From: Verrucomicrobiota bacterium
GTDB taxonomy: Bacteria > Verrucomicrobiota > Verrucomicrobiia > Opitutales > Cerasicoccaceae
DNA length: 64,000 nucleotides
Direction: 5' to 3'
Assembly: GCA_039818205.1 (NCBI GenBank)
Contig: JBCBUK010000009.1
Location: forward strand, 32,001 to 96,000
In this document: in pieces, positions 32,438 to 42,256 of the stretch
How the letters are laid out: every line of letters begins with the position of its first letter
How positions within the stretch are numbered: position 1 is the first letter of the stretch
The notes under the pieces: generated by a model
Database searches by the model: none
Seen by the model: only the letters and a program-made list of their open reading frames with translations
What the model was told of the DNA's origin: nothing
Made by a program: the position numbers and the translations under genes

Positions 32438-35125
32438 ATGCCTCGTAAGAAGTCTGTCGCGAAGAGCGTTGCTAACCCGGAGCGTATGCGCCTCGAACAG
32501 GATCGAATGCGTGAAAAAAACTGGAAACGATGGGGTCCATACCTGTCTGAGCGCCAGTGGGGAACCGTTCGTGAAGACTACTCAGAGTCGGGCGATGCCT
32601 GGACCTATTTCCCGCATGACCATGCCCGCAGCCGCACCTATCGATGGGGTGAAGATGGTTTGCTGGGGTTCACCGATCGTGAGTGTCGGCTTTGCTTTGG
32701 CCTTGCGCTGTGGAATGAGGCTGATCCGTTCCTCAAGGAGCGCCTTTATGGGCTGTCTGGTCCAGAGGGAAATCATGGCGAGGACGTTAAGGAGCTTTAT
32801 TATTACCTGGAATCGACGCCGACGCACAGCTATGTCAAATCGCTCTATAAATATCCTTATGGGGAGTTTCCTTATGAATGGCTGAAGGAGCAGAATGCCC
32901 AACGGGGCCTCGAAGAGCCGGAATACGAGATTTTGGACTCGGGAGTGTTTGATGATAATCGCTACTTTGACGTATTTGCAGAATACGCAAAGGAAGGTCC
33001 CAATGACCTTTTGATCCGCATCACGGTTGCGAATCGCGGCGAAGAGGGGCGCAGTCTTCATGTGCTGCCAACGCTCTGGTATCGAAATACCTGGGCGTGG
33101 GGATGCGAGCACGAGGGCTGCACCTTGAAACCCACCATGAAGAAAATGGAGGAAGGGCATGTTGTGACGGAGCATGAGACCCTCGGGAAATTTCATTTCT
33201 GGGCTGAGAATGCGCCGGATTTCCTCTTCACCGAGAACGAGTCTAACACGGAGTTGTTGTATGATTCTCCAAGTTATACTCAATATACCAAGGATGCTTT
33301 TCACCGGTATGTGGTGAATGGCGAAATTGGGGCAATTGAGCCTGGCCATGGAACCAAGGCCGCGCCGCATTACCGCGTTTATTTGGCGGCTGGTGAGACC
33401 AAGACGATTCAATTGCGCTTGAGCCATGAGGACGAAGCACCAAAAGAGCCGTTCGGGAAGGGCTTTGACCAGGTTTTCGAAAAGCGTATCGCGGAGGCCG
33501 ATTCCTTCTATAACGATATCACCAGCCACACCCTTTGCCCATCCCAGTTGAAGGTGCTCCGGCAATGCTATGCCGGACTATTGCAGACGAAGCAGTTTTA
33601 CCACTATTCGGTGCGGGATTGGTTACGGGGAGATCCCGGAGAGCCGGCTCCGCCGGAACAGCGTAAATCTGGACGCAACAGCGATTGGGGGCACCTGTTT
33701 AACCGGGACGTCATCTCGATGCCAGACAAGTGGGAATATCCCTGGTTTGCAGCCTGGGATTTGGCCTTCCACATGATCCCGTTTGACAAGATTGACCCCG
33801 ATTTTGCCAAACAACAGATGGTCCTGTTTTTGCGGGAATGGTACATGCACCCTAACGGCCAGATCCCAGCCTACGAATGGAATTTTTCCGATGTGAATCC
33901 GCCGGTACATGCCTGGGCATGCTGGCGACTTTACAAAATGACCGGGCATCGGGGTGAGCGAGATCGTGACTTCCTGGCGCAATGCTTTCACAAACTGCTG
34001 ATCAACTTCACGTGGTGGGTTAACCGGAAGGATCCGGAGGGACGAAACTTATTTGCCGGCGGATTCCTTGGATTGGATAATATTGGCGCGTTCGACCGGT
34101 CAAAGCCGTTGCCGGGTGGTGCTCAACTGGTGCAGGCCGATGGTACCGCCTGGATGGCTTTCTATTGCGCGACGATGCTCTCGATTGCCTTGGAGTTAGC
34201 GGCTGAGGATCCATCTTACGAAGGCGTCGCTTCGAAGTTCTTCGAGCATTTTGTATCGATTGGAGAAGCGATCAACACGCTGGGCGGTGGTGGCCTCTGG
34301 AACGAAGAAGACGGCTTCTATTATGACATGCTCCATACGGGAGATGGCCAGGGCATTCCCATGGCGATTCGCTCGATGGTTGGATTGCTGCCGATTTGTG
34401 CGGTTGAGATCCTCAAGGGAGAAACAATTGATCGACTTCCCGGTTTCAAGAAACGCATGCAGTGGTTTCTCGACCACAATGACATCTTCCTCGAAAAAAC
34501 TTCATGCTTGGAGTTCGGAGGAGGTGAGGGGAAGGAGGCGCGCGCGCTACTCGGGATTACTTCCCGTGACCGTCTGGAGCGCGTGCTCCGCTACCTGTTT
34601 GACGAGAACGAATTTCTGTCCCCCTACGGTATTCGGTCCTTGTCGAAGGCGCACGAAAACGAACCGTTCGTTTTGGATTTCGGTGGCGAACAGCACAGCG
34701 TGAAGTATGAGCCGGGTGAGTCGCAGTCCTACCTGTTTGGCGGAAATTCAAACTGGCGCGGACCCATCTGGTTTCCGGTGAATTTTCTGATCATCGAAGT
34801 TCTGGAGAAGTATCACCATTTCTACGGTGATAGCCTCAAAGTCGAGCTCCCGACGGGCTCGGGTAACTGGGTGACACTGGACAAAGCCGCCGAGGATCTA
34901 AGCCGCCGACTCACAGCCTTGTTCCTTCCCGATGACAAGGGAGATCGACCAGTCAACGGGCAGCATCGGGATTGGTATCGCAATGAGCACTTCAAGGAAC
35001 ACGTGCTCTTTTACGAATACTTCCACGGCGACGATGGTCGCGGTTGTGGAGCCTCGCACCAAACCGGTTGGACCGGCCTCGTGGCGAAGCTTCTTGAGGA
35101 TCGCTGCCATCTGAATGAGGGCTGA
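32438..35125 (+). CDS. MGH1-like glycoside hydrolase (GH63-like glucosidase)
   Basis: WGPYLSERQWGTVREDYS, MPDKWEYPWFAAWDLAFH, GGNSNWRGPIWFP, GASHQTGWTG. Confidence 0.9.
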   Translation: MPRKKSVAKSVANPERMRLEQDRMREKNWKRWGPYLSERQWGTVREDYSESGDAWTYFPHDHARSRTYRWGEDGLLGFTDRECRLCFGLALWNEADPFLKERLYGLSGPEGNHGEDVKELYYYLESTPTHSYVKSLYKYPYGEFPYEWLKEQNAQRGLEEPEYEILDSGVFDDNRYFDVFAEYAKEGPNDLLIRITVANRGEEGRSLHVLPTLWYRNTWAWGCEHEGCTLKPTMKKMEEGHVVTEHETLGKFHFWAENAPDFLFTENESNTELLYDSPSYTQYTKDAFHRYVVNGEIGAIEPGHGTKAAPHYRVYLAAGETKTIQLRLSHEDEAPKEPFGKGFDQVFEKRIAEADSFYNDITSHTLCPSQLKVLRQCYAGLLQTKQFYHYSVRDWLRGDPGEPAPPEQRKSGRNSDWGHLFNRDVISMPDKWEYPWFAAWDLAFHMIPFDKIDPDFAKQQMVLFLREWYMHPNGQIPAYEWNFSDVNPPVHAWACWRLYKMTGHRGERDRDFLAQCFHKLLINFTWWVNRKDPEGRNLFAGGFLGLDNIGAFDRSKPLPGGAQLVQADGTAWMAFYCATMLSIALELAAEDPSYEGVASKFFEHFVSIGEAINTLGGGGLWNEEDGFYYDMLHTGDGQGIPMAIRSMVGLLPICAVEILKGETIDRLPGFKKRMQWFLDHNDIFLEKTSCLEFGGGEGKEARALLGITSRDRLERVLRYLFDENEFLSPYGIRSLSKAHENEPFVLDFGGEQHSVKYEPGESQSYLFGGNSNWRGPIWFPVNFLIIEVLEKYHHFYGDSLKVELPTGSGNWVTLDKAAEDLSRRLTALFLPDDKGDRPVNGQHRDWYRNEHFKEHVLFYEYFHGDDGRGCGASHQTGWTGLVAKLLEDRCHLNEG

Positions 35126-35153
35126 TTTTTCATCAGCCCACCATCAGATACGT

Positions 35154-37574
35154 TTACCGAATCTCGTAGCCAGCTTCCTTCATGGAGCGTTGAACGGCGT
35201 CGAAGGCAGAGTTAATTTCCTTGTCCTTGAGCGTGCGCTCGGGGCTCCGGTAGCGAATCGAGAACGCGAGACTCTTCTTGTCGTTGGACAATCCGGTGCC
35301 GGTGTAGACGTCAAAGACTTCAACTGAATCGACACCGAATGCACCCGCGGTGGATTCCTCGGCAGCTTTGGCGAGTTCGCGACGAACAGTTTCGGCTGGA
35401 ATGGTGGCGTCGACCACAAGCGCGAGGTCCTTCTCACTGCCGGGAAAATCACTAAAGCTCGCAAAGCGTGTCGCCGTATCGTTGCTGGGCAAGCGGTCGG
35501 CACGGAAGAGTATCTCACCAGCAAGCCACAATCCGTCGACGCCAACTTCTTTGAGCATGGTCATGGACAGTAGGCCAGCGCGAGCCATTACGGCGTCGGT
35601 GAACCAGCAACCAGCGCCACCGCATTGATGCGGCTGAAACGCCGGGTGTTCGGTCGTGTCCCAATCGGGAACTTCGAACCCGCCGAGGCCGAGTAGATTC
35701 TCAATCATTGCCTTGGCCGTGTAGAAGTCACCTGAGGCACGCTCGCGCCATTGGCGGTCGGCGGCATCAGCACGAAATACGAACGCGATGGAAGCGAGTT
35801 CGAAAATCTCACCTTCACCCCAACGGAAGACCCGTCCGGTTTCGAAGAATCGCGTTGGAGCGTTGCCGCGCGCTTGATTCAACTGCGCCGCCCGAGTCAG
35901 GCCAGGGACCAAGGAGGCCCGGAGGTGACCCATCTCCGAGGTGAGCGGATTTGCAAGTTTTAGGTTAGCGTATTGGTCTCCATACTCGAAGTCAGCAAGC
36001 TGGTCACCATTGACTAGAGTATAGTGCGAGCACTCGGCGTAGCCTTTTGCGGCAAGCAGGTTGGCTGCTGCCCGGTTATACTTGGCGAGCGGAGCGTCAT
36101 CGCGGGCCAACCCGGTGGCGCGGACGTTACCACTGGGAATCTGGGCCGTGCCATACAAGCGAATGAATTCCTCCACCAAGTCGATCGGCCGATCCACCTC
36201 CGGGCGGAAGCTCGGGACGGTAACCGACCAATCATTACTTTGTTCGGCAGAGTTACTCTCGACGACAAAGCCGAGGCGCTTGTAGGTTGCGAAAATTTCT
36301 TCGTCGGTTACCTCGAAGCCGCACACCTGGCGGACGTAGTCACCGGAAATATTGATGGTGCGATCACCACGCGGCTTTTCCCCAACGACGATGGGCTGGC
36401 CAACAACTTCGCCACCGGCAACTTCAACAATCAGATCCAGAGCGCGACGAGCGGCGTAGTCAACGCCAGCCGGGTCAACGTCACGGGTGAAGCGGTGGGA
36501 GCTGTCGGAAAACAGGTTTAGGCGACGGGTTGCCCAGCGGACGGAGCCGGGTGAGAACCACGCGCTCTCGAGTACGATATCGGTTGTATTGTCGTCGACC
36601 TCGGCATCGATGCTGCCCATGACACCGGCTACGACCAGTGGGCGTTCGGTATCGGCAATGACCATCATTTTGCTGGTCAAGGAGCGTTCAGTTTCATCGA
36701 GAGTGGTGATCTTTTCGCCCTCGTTTGCCTGGCGCACGAGCAGCTTGCTTCCCTTGATCTTGGATGAGTCGAATGCATGAAGCGGCTGACCGGTTTCCAT
36801 GAGCACGTAGTTGGTCACATCAACAACGTTGTTGATCGGCCGCTGACCAATGGCAGTCAATGCCTCCTTGAGCCAGTCCGGGCTCTCCGCAATTTTAACG
36901 CCTTTCACGCTCCACGCGGTGTAGTACGGGCAGGCTTCCGTCGATACCTCGACGGCTTCAAGAAGCCCATCACCACCGCCGGCTTCAGCCTTGGTTGCGG
37001 GAACCTTTAGCTCCTTGTTAAAGTAGGCGGCCAGTTCGCGCGCGACACCGATGTGGCTCAGGCAGTCACCTCGGTTGGCAGTCAACTCGAGTTCGATGAT
37101 GGTGTCGGAATCCTTGAAAATGTCATTCATCGGCGTGCCGATTTCCGGACGGTCGTCCAGGATCATCAAGCCACTGTGGTCGTCGCCCAGGCCGAGCTCT
37201 TTCGCGGAGCACATCATGCCGTTGGACTCAACGCCGCGGAGCTTGCTCTTCTTGATTTTGAAATCACCCGGGAGCTTGGCCCCTACCAAGGCAACGGGAA
37301 CCCGGTCACCGACTGTGTAGTTGGTTGCGCCACAGACGATTTGCGTTGGTTCTTGCTCGGCAGAGTATTTGACCATGCAGACGCCCAGGCGATCTGCGTT
37401 CGGGTGTTGCTCGCGGCTTAAAACCTCGCCGACCACCAAGTTGTCGATCGGCGGCAAGCTGTTCGATTGAACGGCCTCTACTTCGAGTCCGATCATGGGA
37501 AGTGCTTCGCAAATTTCGTCGACTGAGACATCGAGATCGACGTAGTGCTTCAACCAATTGAGGGAGATTTTCAT
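35154..37574 (-). CDS. pheT: Phenylalanine-tRNA ligase beta subunit
   Basis: MKISLNWL, HPNADRL, ANRGDCLS, NNVVDVTNY, DLVEE, C-terminal KSLAFS...RTLKD. Confidence 0.96.
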   Translation of the reverse strand: MKISLNWLKHYVDLDVSVDEICEALPMIGLEVEAVQSNSLPPIDNLVVGEVLSREQHPNADRLGVCMVKYSAEQEPTQIVCGATNYTVGDRVPVALVGAKLPGDFKIKKSKLRGVESNGMMCSAKELGLGDDHSGLMILDDRPEIGTPMNDIFKDSDTIIELELTANRGDCLSHIGVARELAAYFNKELKVPATKAEAGGGDGLLEAVEVSTEACPYYTAWSVKGVKIAESPDWLKEALTAIGQRPINNVVDVTNYVLMETGQPLHAFDSSKIKGSKLLVRQANEGEKITTLDETERSLTSKMMVIADTERPLVVAGVMGSIDAEVDDNTTDIVLESAWFSPGSVRWATRRLNLFSDSSHRFTRDVDPAGVDYAARRALDLIVEVAGGEVVGQPIVVGEKPRGDRTINISGDYVRQVCGFEVTDEEIFATYKRLGFVVESNSAEQSNDWSVTVPSFRPEVDRPIDLVEEFIRLYGTAQIPSGNVRATGLARDDAPLAKYNRAAANLLAAKGYAECSHYTLVNGDQLADFEYGDQYANLKLANPLTSEMGHLRASLVPGLTRAAQLNQARGNAPTRFFETGRVFRWGEGEIFELASIAFVFRADAADRQWRERASGDFYTAKAMIENLLGLGGFEVPDWDTTEHPAFQPHQCGGAGCWFTDAVMARAGLLSMTMLKEVGVDGLWLAGEILFRADRLPSNDTATRFASFSDFPGSEKDLALVVDATIPAETVRRELAKAAEESTAGAFGVDSVEVFDVYTGTGLSNDKKSLAFSIRYRSPERTLKDKEINSAFDAVQRSMKEAGYEIR

Positions 37575-37596
37575 AGCAAATTACTTTCTTAAAAAA

Positions 37597-38202
37597 TTAT
37601 GACTGAGCAGGCAGCTTAAAGAGGAGGGTGGTAGAGGCAGAAAAGCCTAGGAACTTACTGAGAACTGGATAGTGTTTTGTTTCGGTTTCAGTGAAGCCCA
37701 CTTTTGCATAGAGTTTCTTTGCGCGCGGATTGGTGTCGATGACGTCCAAGCGCACGTGGGAGAAGCTTTCATCAGCGGCAAAGGTTTTAATTCGATTGAG
37801 CAGCTTGCTGCCAATGCCCCGGCCGCGACAACCACTGTCAACCGAGATGCCATCTAACACCAGTTCGCCGGGGACTGGATCGCGGTCGTAGAGTGCGAGC
37901 ACAGCGACGGCCTTAATCGCTTTGAGGAATCCAAGTTCTTTTTTTATCGCTGGCCAATCCATACAACCAGTCAATGAACCGCTTGGCGTATGGAATCCAA
38001 CGATACCAACAAGGCGCTTCTCAAGGTAAGCCGTAAAGGAATAGTGGGGCTGCAAGCATCCCTTGATGACGGCCAACCGCTTTTCGAACGAACCGATGGC
38101 CAAGGCGATCTTCGGGCCAAAGGCTTCCTCGTACAGCGTTGCCGCGCTTGCCCGGTATTCTTCCGAGAAGCCCCGCTGAATCTGAATGTCGGCGTCGGCC
38201 AT
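37597..38202 (-). CDS. GNAT family N-acetyltransferase
   Basis: GISVDSGCRGRGIGSKLL, LDVIDTNPRAKKLY. Confidence 0.88.
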   Translation of the reverse strand: MADADIQIQRGFSEEYRASAATLYEEAFGPKIALAIGSFEKRLAVIKGCLQPHYSFTAYLEKRLVGIVGFHTPSGSLTGCMDWPAIKKELGFLKAIKAVAVLALYDRDPVPGELVLDGISVDSGCRGRGIGSKLLNRIKTFAADESFSHVRLDVIDTNPRAKKLYAKVGFTETETKHYPVLSKFLGFSASTTLLFKLPAQS

Positions 38203-38209
38203 ATTTCTG

Positions 38210-38695
38210 CTATTGAGACATTACCAAGGCAGTGACTGGCTCTTGGGTTTCAATTTTAAATTTGATGATTTCGTTGCTTTCAGCCTTTGCGTGTATGCGA
38301 AAAGGTGCTGAAGTCGCTTGATATCTAACGTTGTATTCCATCATCTTAATCTGGCCTGGTTGCAGTCCAAGGAGGCTGTTCACCAGTTTTAATGCACGTT
38401 CTTCATCGAAGCCGCTTTCAAGCTGTTTTTCGAGTTCGAGAAAATAGTTTTCGACCTCATCGATCTTCAGATCGAATTCACATTCATCGAATTCAACTTC
38501 TTCGATCTCTACGTCAAATACAGATTCCTGTTCGCGGAAAATGAAAGGGACTAGAAGATTCAGCACACCAACCACCCAGCCCCAGGGCCAAATGCGGTTG
38601 CCCAGCAAAAAGAGGAACGATACGAAAAATAGGCCTGCGGAAACCATGATTCTGGTTTTCCAGCTCCAACCAACCATCTTTTCAAAGAAACCCAT
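38210..38695 (-). CDS. Hypothetical membrane protein (2 N-terminal TMs, acidic domain)
   Basis: Two hydrophobic segments, then E/D-rich region; tightly packed between pheS and the GNAT gene. Confidence 0.65.
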   Translation of the reverse strand: MGFFEKMVGWSWKTRIMVSAGLFFVSFLFLLGNRIWPWGWVVGVLNLLVPFIFREQESVFDVEIEEVEFDECEFDLKIDEVENYFLELEKQLESGFDEERALKLVNSLLGLQPGQIKMMEYNVRYQATSAPFRIHAKAESNEIIKFKIETQEPVTALVMSQ

Positions 38696-38714
38696 GTTGC
38701 GTTCCTCGGATCTT

Positions 38715-39755
38715 TTACGCGAACTGGCGCAAGAATCGAAGGTCGTTATTGTAGAAGTGGCGGATGTCGTCGATGCCGTGAATGATCATCGCGATTCGTT
38801 CCACGCCCATGCCGAAGGCGAAGCCAGTCCACTCTTCGGAATCGATTCCAACGGATTTGAACACTTCGGGGTCAACCATGCCACAGCCGCCAAGCTCGAT
38901 CCATTGATTGGAAAGCTTACCGAGGTTGGGCGTCATCATATCGAGCTCAAATGACGGTTCGGTAAACGGGAAAAAACTTGGGCGAAGCCGAACGGTCGAA
39001 CCCTTCCCGAAAATTTCCGCAACAAAGTAGTCCAGCACGGCCTTCAAGTCCTTGATGGTGACGTTGCGGTCGACGTAAAGGCCTTCACACTGGTGGAAGT
39101 TTGCGCTGTGGGTCGCGTCTGTAGTGTCACGGCGAAATACGCGTCCGGGCGAGATGATGCGCAGCGGAGGCTTCTCCGCCAGCATTGTACGGATCTGAAC
39201 TGTGGAGGTATGTGACCGCAGGATGAAGCGCTCATCACCTTGCTTGGTCACGTTGCCCATCTGAGTACCTTCGGGCATGAAAAGAGTGTCTTGTTCGTCC
39301 CGAGCAGGATGGTCTTCGGGCGTGTTGAGCGCGTCGAAACAGAACCATTCAGACTCGACTTCCGGCCCTTCGGCGACGGTGAAGCCGATTTTGCGGAAGA
39401 CGTCATCCATCCGTCGGCGAGTCTGAGTGAGGGGATGTAGCAGGCCGGGCTCTGGGTCCGGGCTTGGGAGGGTCGGATCGATTGGCGGACCAATTCTCGC
39501 GGCGAGCTCAATCTCTTCAAGCTTCTCCAATGCTTGGGTATAAATCCCCTCAATCTGCACCTTGTATTCGTTGATGACCTTGCCCATGGTTGGGCGTTCT
39601 TCCTTGGGGATGTTCTTCATTCCCTTAAGGATGTCGGTCAATTTGCCTTTGGGGCCTGAAATGGTGGCCTTAAATGACTCGAAGTCCGGGCGTTTCTTGA
39701 TGCCGGGGATCGCGTTCTGGACCTCGGAGAGGATGGCTTGGAGTTCTTCCTTCAT
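38715..39755 (-). CDS. pheS: Phenylalanine-tRNA ligase alpha subunit
   Basis: HPARDEQDT, LRSHTS, DATHS, RPSFFPFTEPS, GFAFGMGVER; start set at ATG 39755. Confidence 0.96.
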   Translation of the reverse strand: MKEELQAILSEVQNAIPGIKKRPDFESFKATISGPKGKLTDILKGMKNIPKEERPTMGKVINEYKVQIEGIYTQALEKLEEIELAARIGPPIDPTLPSPDPEPGLLHPLTQTRRRMDDVFRKIGFTVAEGPEVESEWFCFDALNTPEDHPARDEQDTLFMPEGTQMGNVTKQGDERFILRSHTSTVQIRTMLAEKPPLRIISPGRVFRRDTTDATHSANFHQCEGLYVDRNVTIKDLKAVLDYFVAEIFGKGSTVRLRPSFFPFTEPSFELDMMTPNLGKLSNQWIELGGCGMVDPEVFKSVGIDSEEWTGFAFGMGVERIAMIIHGIDDIRHFYNNDLRFLRQFA

Positions 39756-39769
39756 GAGTTTCGGACAAT

Positions 39770-39796
39770 AAAAAAGGCGGCCATGGTGGGCCGCCT
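39770..39796 (-). terminator. Terminator-like hairpin between rplT and pheS
   Basis: Minus strand AGGCGGCC-CACCAT-GGCCGCCT followed by a T run. Confidence 0.7.
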
Positions 39797-39825
39797 CAAG
39801 AGGTTCGTCAAGCAGGACGTTGCAA

Positions 39826-40185
39826 TTAGCTGTCCAATGCGGCCTTGGCTTTTTCAACCAGGGCGTTAAATGCAGCTTCGTCGTGAATCGCCATTTCGCT
39901 GATCGCTTTGCGATCCAGGCCGATTTCAGCCTTCTTCAAGCCATTCATGAAACGGCTATAGGAGATGTCGTGTGGACGCACGGCGGCGTTGATACGAATG
40001 ATCCAGAGTTGACGGAACTCGGACTTCTTCTTGCGGCGGTCACGGTAAGCGAACTTACCGGAGCGCGATACGGCGTCTTTCGCATAGCGATAGAGGCGCG
40101 ACTTGTTTCCGAAATATCCCTTTGCCTGCTTGATCTTTTTCTTGCGGCGGGCGCGGGTAGCGGGTGCGTTGGTTGCTCTGGGCAT
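39826..40185 (-). CDS. rplT: 50S ribosomal protein L20
   Basis: [45 protein letters not shown]. Confidence 0.97.
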   Translation of the reverse strand: MPRATNAPATRARRKKKIKQAKGYFGNKSRLYRYAKDAVSRSGKFAYRDRRKKKSEFRQLWIIRINAAVRPHDISYSRFMNGLKKAEIGLDRKAISEMAIHDEAAFNALVEKAKAALDS

Positions 40186-40278
40186 GTTGTGTGTTTTCTA
40201 TTTGGTTTCGTGGGCGGCAAGGTCGCCTTTTCACCTTGGGCGCGCCCGGATTATTGGTCTATTGGTGGATCGCCTGAT

Positions 40279-40473
40279 TTACGCGTGTGGTGTGCCGCGG
40301 AGGAACTGGTTTGCTTGGCCTTGGCCCAAACCGTGATCCTGACGCATGGCTCGCTTAGTCTTTTGCGACTTATTACGCAGCAGGTGGCGGTGGTTTGCCT
40401 TCCAGCGGCGAACCTTGCCCGTGCCCGTAATCTTGATACGCTTGGCGATTGCTTTGCGAGTTTTCTGTGACAT
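40279..40473 (-). CDS. rpmI: 50S ribosomal protein L35
   Basis: KTRKAIAKRIKITGTGKV, HRHLL; upstream of rplT; start ATG 40473. Confidence 0.93.
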   Translation of the reverse strand: MSQKTRKAIAKRIKITGTGKVRRWKANHRHLLRNKSQKTKRAMRQDHGLGQGQANQFLRGTPHA

Positions 40474-40595
40474 AAGATTTGTGGAAAAGCCGAAGAAAAC
40501 ACCGGTTTTTAACCGGTATGGCAAGTGAAAAACGCGATAAACATGCGGATTTCCTAGAATTCCGGATTATCCGCGCCTGAACCGTTCTTCTTGGC

Positions 40596-41372
40596 CTAGC
40601 CCCCAAAGAAGCCGTCGATGAATTCGGAATAGGTTCCGAGGTTCGGATCGTTGTCGACCAATTGATTCGGGTCGCGAATTGGGCGGTATCCCGAGATGGA
40701 GAAAGGTTGATTCGGAATGGTTTCGTCAGCCAACGATTCATCATAGTGGAAGGGGCCAGGAACGCCGTTAAACGTCGCATTGTAGGCCAGGATTGCGCCG
40801 TAGAACGCACCTTTGTTACCACCACCATTGGACGTGTAGATCGCTTCTGGCGCGTAAAGAACCGCGGCGAGATCAACATTTCCGTTCATCGTGATGCGTT
40901 GGCGGTCAGCATCGGTCATGGTTTCGTCGTCAAACTCCTGAGTCGCATAGAGTTTGAGATTCTTGGGCCGACCCTCGTTGTTGATCGAGGCATTGCCGCT
41001 CATGGTGAAGTCGCCGGCGAAATAGATGACGACTTCGGCACTCGCGGTCAGAGTCGGGTTTCCCGAAATGGTGATGTCGCCATCGGCGACGATGGTCGTC
41101 GGTCCCACAAAAGTGATGTCTCCTAGGGCCAGATTTTCTTTGATGTGGTAATACTCGGGAGCAAGCTCGCTGCCGCCAATCGTCATTGTCGCGGCAGCCG
41201 CACTGGGCGTCACGCTGATGCTAGCTCCATTGCCCAGCCCCACGCCACTGTTACCCTTGCCGTTTTCATTTTTGCCGTGCGCGGTGAACGCGGCAACTGA
41301 GAGAACTCCGCCCAGACCGACTAATAGGGCGAGGGTGATTCTACCGTAAGGCTTGGATGTATTTGTTTTCAT
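40596..41372 (-). CDS. Secreted beta-solenoid protein (cassette 2), resembling the C-terminal half of large PilX-like proteins
   Basis: Signal peptide; G/N-rich beta repeats ITISGN, FTMSGN, VLYAPEA, GAILA, FHYDESL. Confidence 0.75.
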   Translation of the reverse strand: MKTNTSKPYGRITLALLVGLGGVLSVAAFTAHGKNENGKGNSGVGLGNGASISVTPSAAAATMTIGGSELAPEYYHIKENLALGDITFVGPTTIVADGDITISGNPTLTASAEVVIYFAGDFTMSGNASINNEGRPKNLKLYATQEFDDETMTDADRQRITMNGNVDLAAVLYAPEAIYTSNGGGNKGAFYGAILAYNATFNGVPGPFHYDESLADETIPNQPFSISGYRPIRDPNQLVDNDPNLGTYSEFIDGFFGG

Positions 41373-41392
41373 GGTTCAGGGATGTAAAAGAG

Positions 41393-42253
41393 TTAGTTAA
41401 GCGAGGTTTGCCAGACGGTGATGTCGCTGGTGTCTGGCACGGTGATTACCGGGAACTCGGCGGTGAACCCGGTTTGGATCTGCCCCGTGATTTGTTTTAC
41501 TTTGCTTGCGTCGATGTTGGAGGCGTCTTCGGTTCCAGTCACGAGATCGCCCCGGATATCGGTTTGAGGCCCGAACGATACCTTGATCGCATCGCTATCC
41601 TCGGAAACGGTTCCCGCAGTCGCGTTTTGGCGTTCCTGATTGGTTGCTGGTAGCCCATAGAGGCCGACTTCCGAGTCGTAACTGTCGATCAGCGAATTGT
41701 AGTCCAACTCGTTCTTCACGATAAGACCGCGGAAGGGGACGTTCAGTTCGGCCGTGAAAGATATAATACGCTCGGCACTGCGGTTGGTGCGAGTATCGGT
41801 GACGACACCTTTTGCGTAGACGGAGTATTCCTGCCGGGAAGCATCCTGGCTCGGTTTATTGACCACGACCCGAATGACTGCCTGGTGGTCTCCATCAAAA
41901 ATGTCATCGCTGCTAGAGTCACCTTCAGGCAGGAGAATTTCTTTGGTCCAATATAGGTCACCGTAAAAGTCTTTACCCTCGGTCCAGCCGTCATCAATCC
42001 AAGCGGTTTCGTCGAATCGATTGTTGTTCATACCCCACATGACTTCGTCCGCACCGGCTTCAGCCGCCGCGAAGGCCATATTGTAGAGGCGGTTTTGGAC
42101 ACTTGATTCGTAATCATTGACGGCCATTGGCATCAGTGAGCCCAGGACAACGAAGACGAACATTGAAAACAGAAATGCAGCAATCAAAGCAGAGCCCTTC
42201 TCCCGCCACAGGGCGGTGAGCTTGGGAAGTGCTCTATGGAATTTTCGGGTCAT
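41393..42253 (-). CDS. PilX/GspK-like minor pilin (cassette 2)
   Basis: REKG|SALIAAFLF type IV leader lacking E5, AFAAAEAGADE, FRGLIVK, IDSYDS. Confidence 0.8.
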   Translation of the reverse strand: MTRKFHRALPKLTALWREKGSALIAAFLFSMFVFVVLGSLMPMAVNDYESSVQNRLYNMAFAAAEAGADEVMWGMNNNRFDETAWIDDGWTEGKDFYGDLYWTKEILLPEGDSSSDDIFDGDHQAVIRVVVNKPSQDASRQEYSVYAKGVVTDTRTNRSAERIISFTAELNVPFRGLIVKNELDYNSLIDSYDSEVGLYGLPATNQERQNATAGTVSEDSDAIKVSFGPQTDIRGDLVTGTEDASNIDASKVKQITGQIQTGFTAEFPVITVPDTSDITVWQTSLN

Positions 42254-42256
42254 ATA

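Noticed and set aside
32582..33565. 327-aa antisense ORF (also 18270-19136, 62790-63542 and similar)
   Set aside because: Fully overlaps well-supported genes and has no protein-family features
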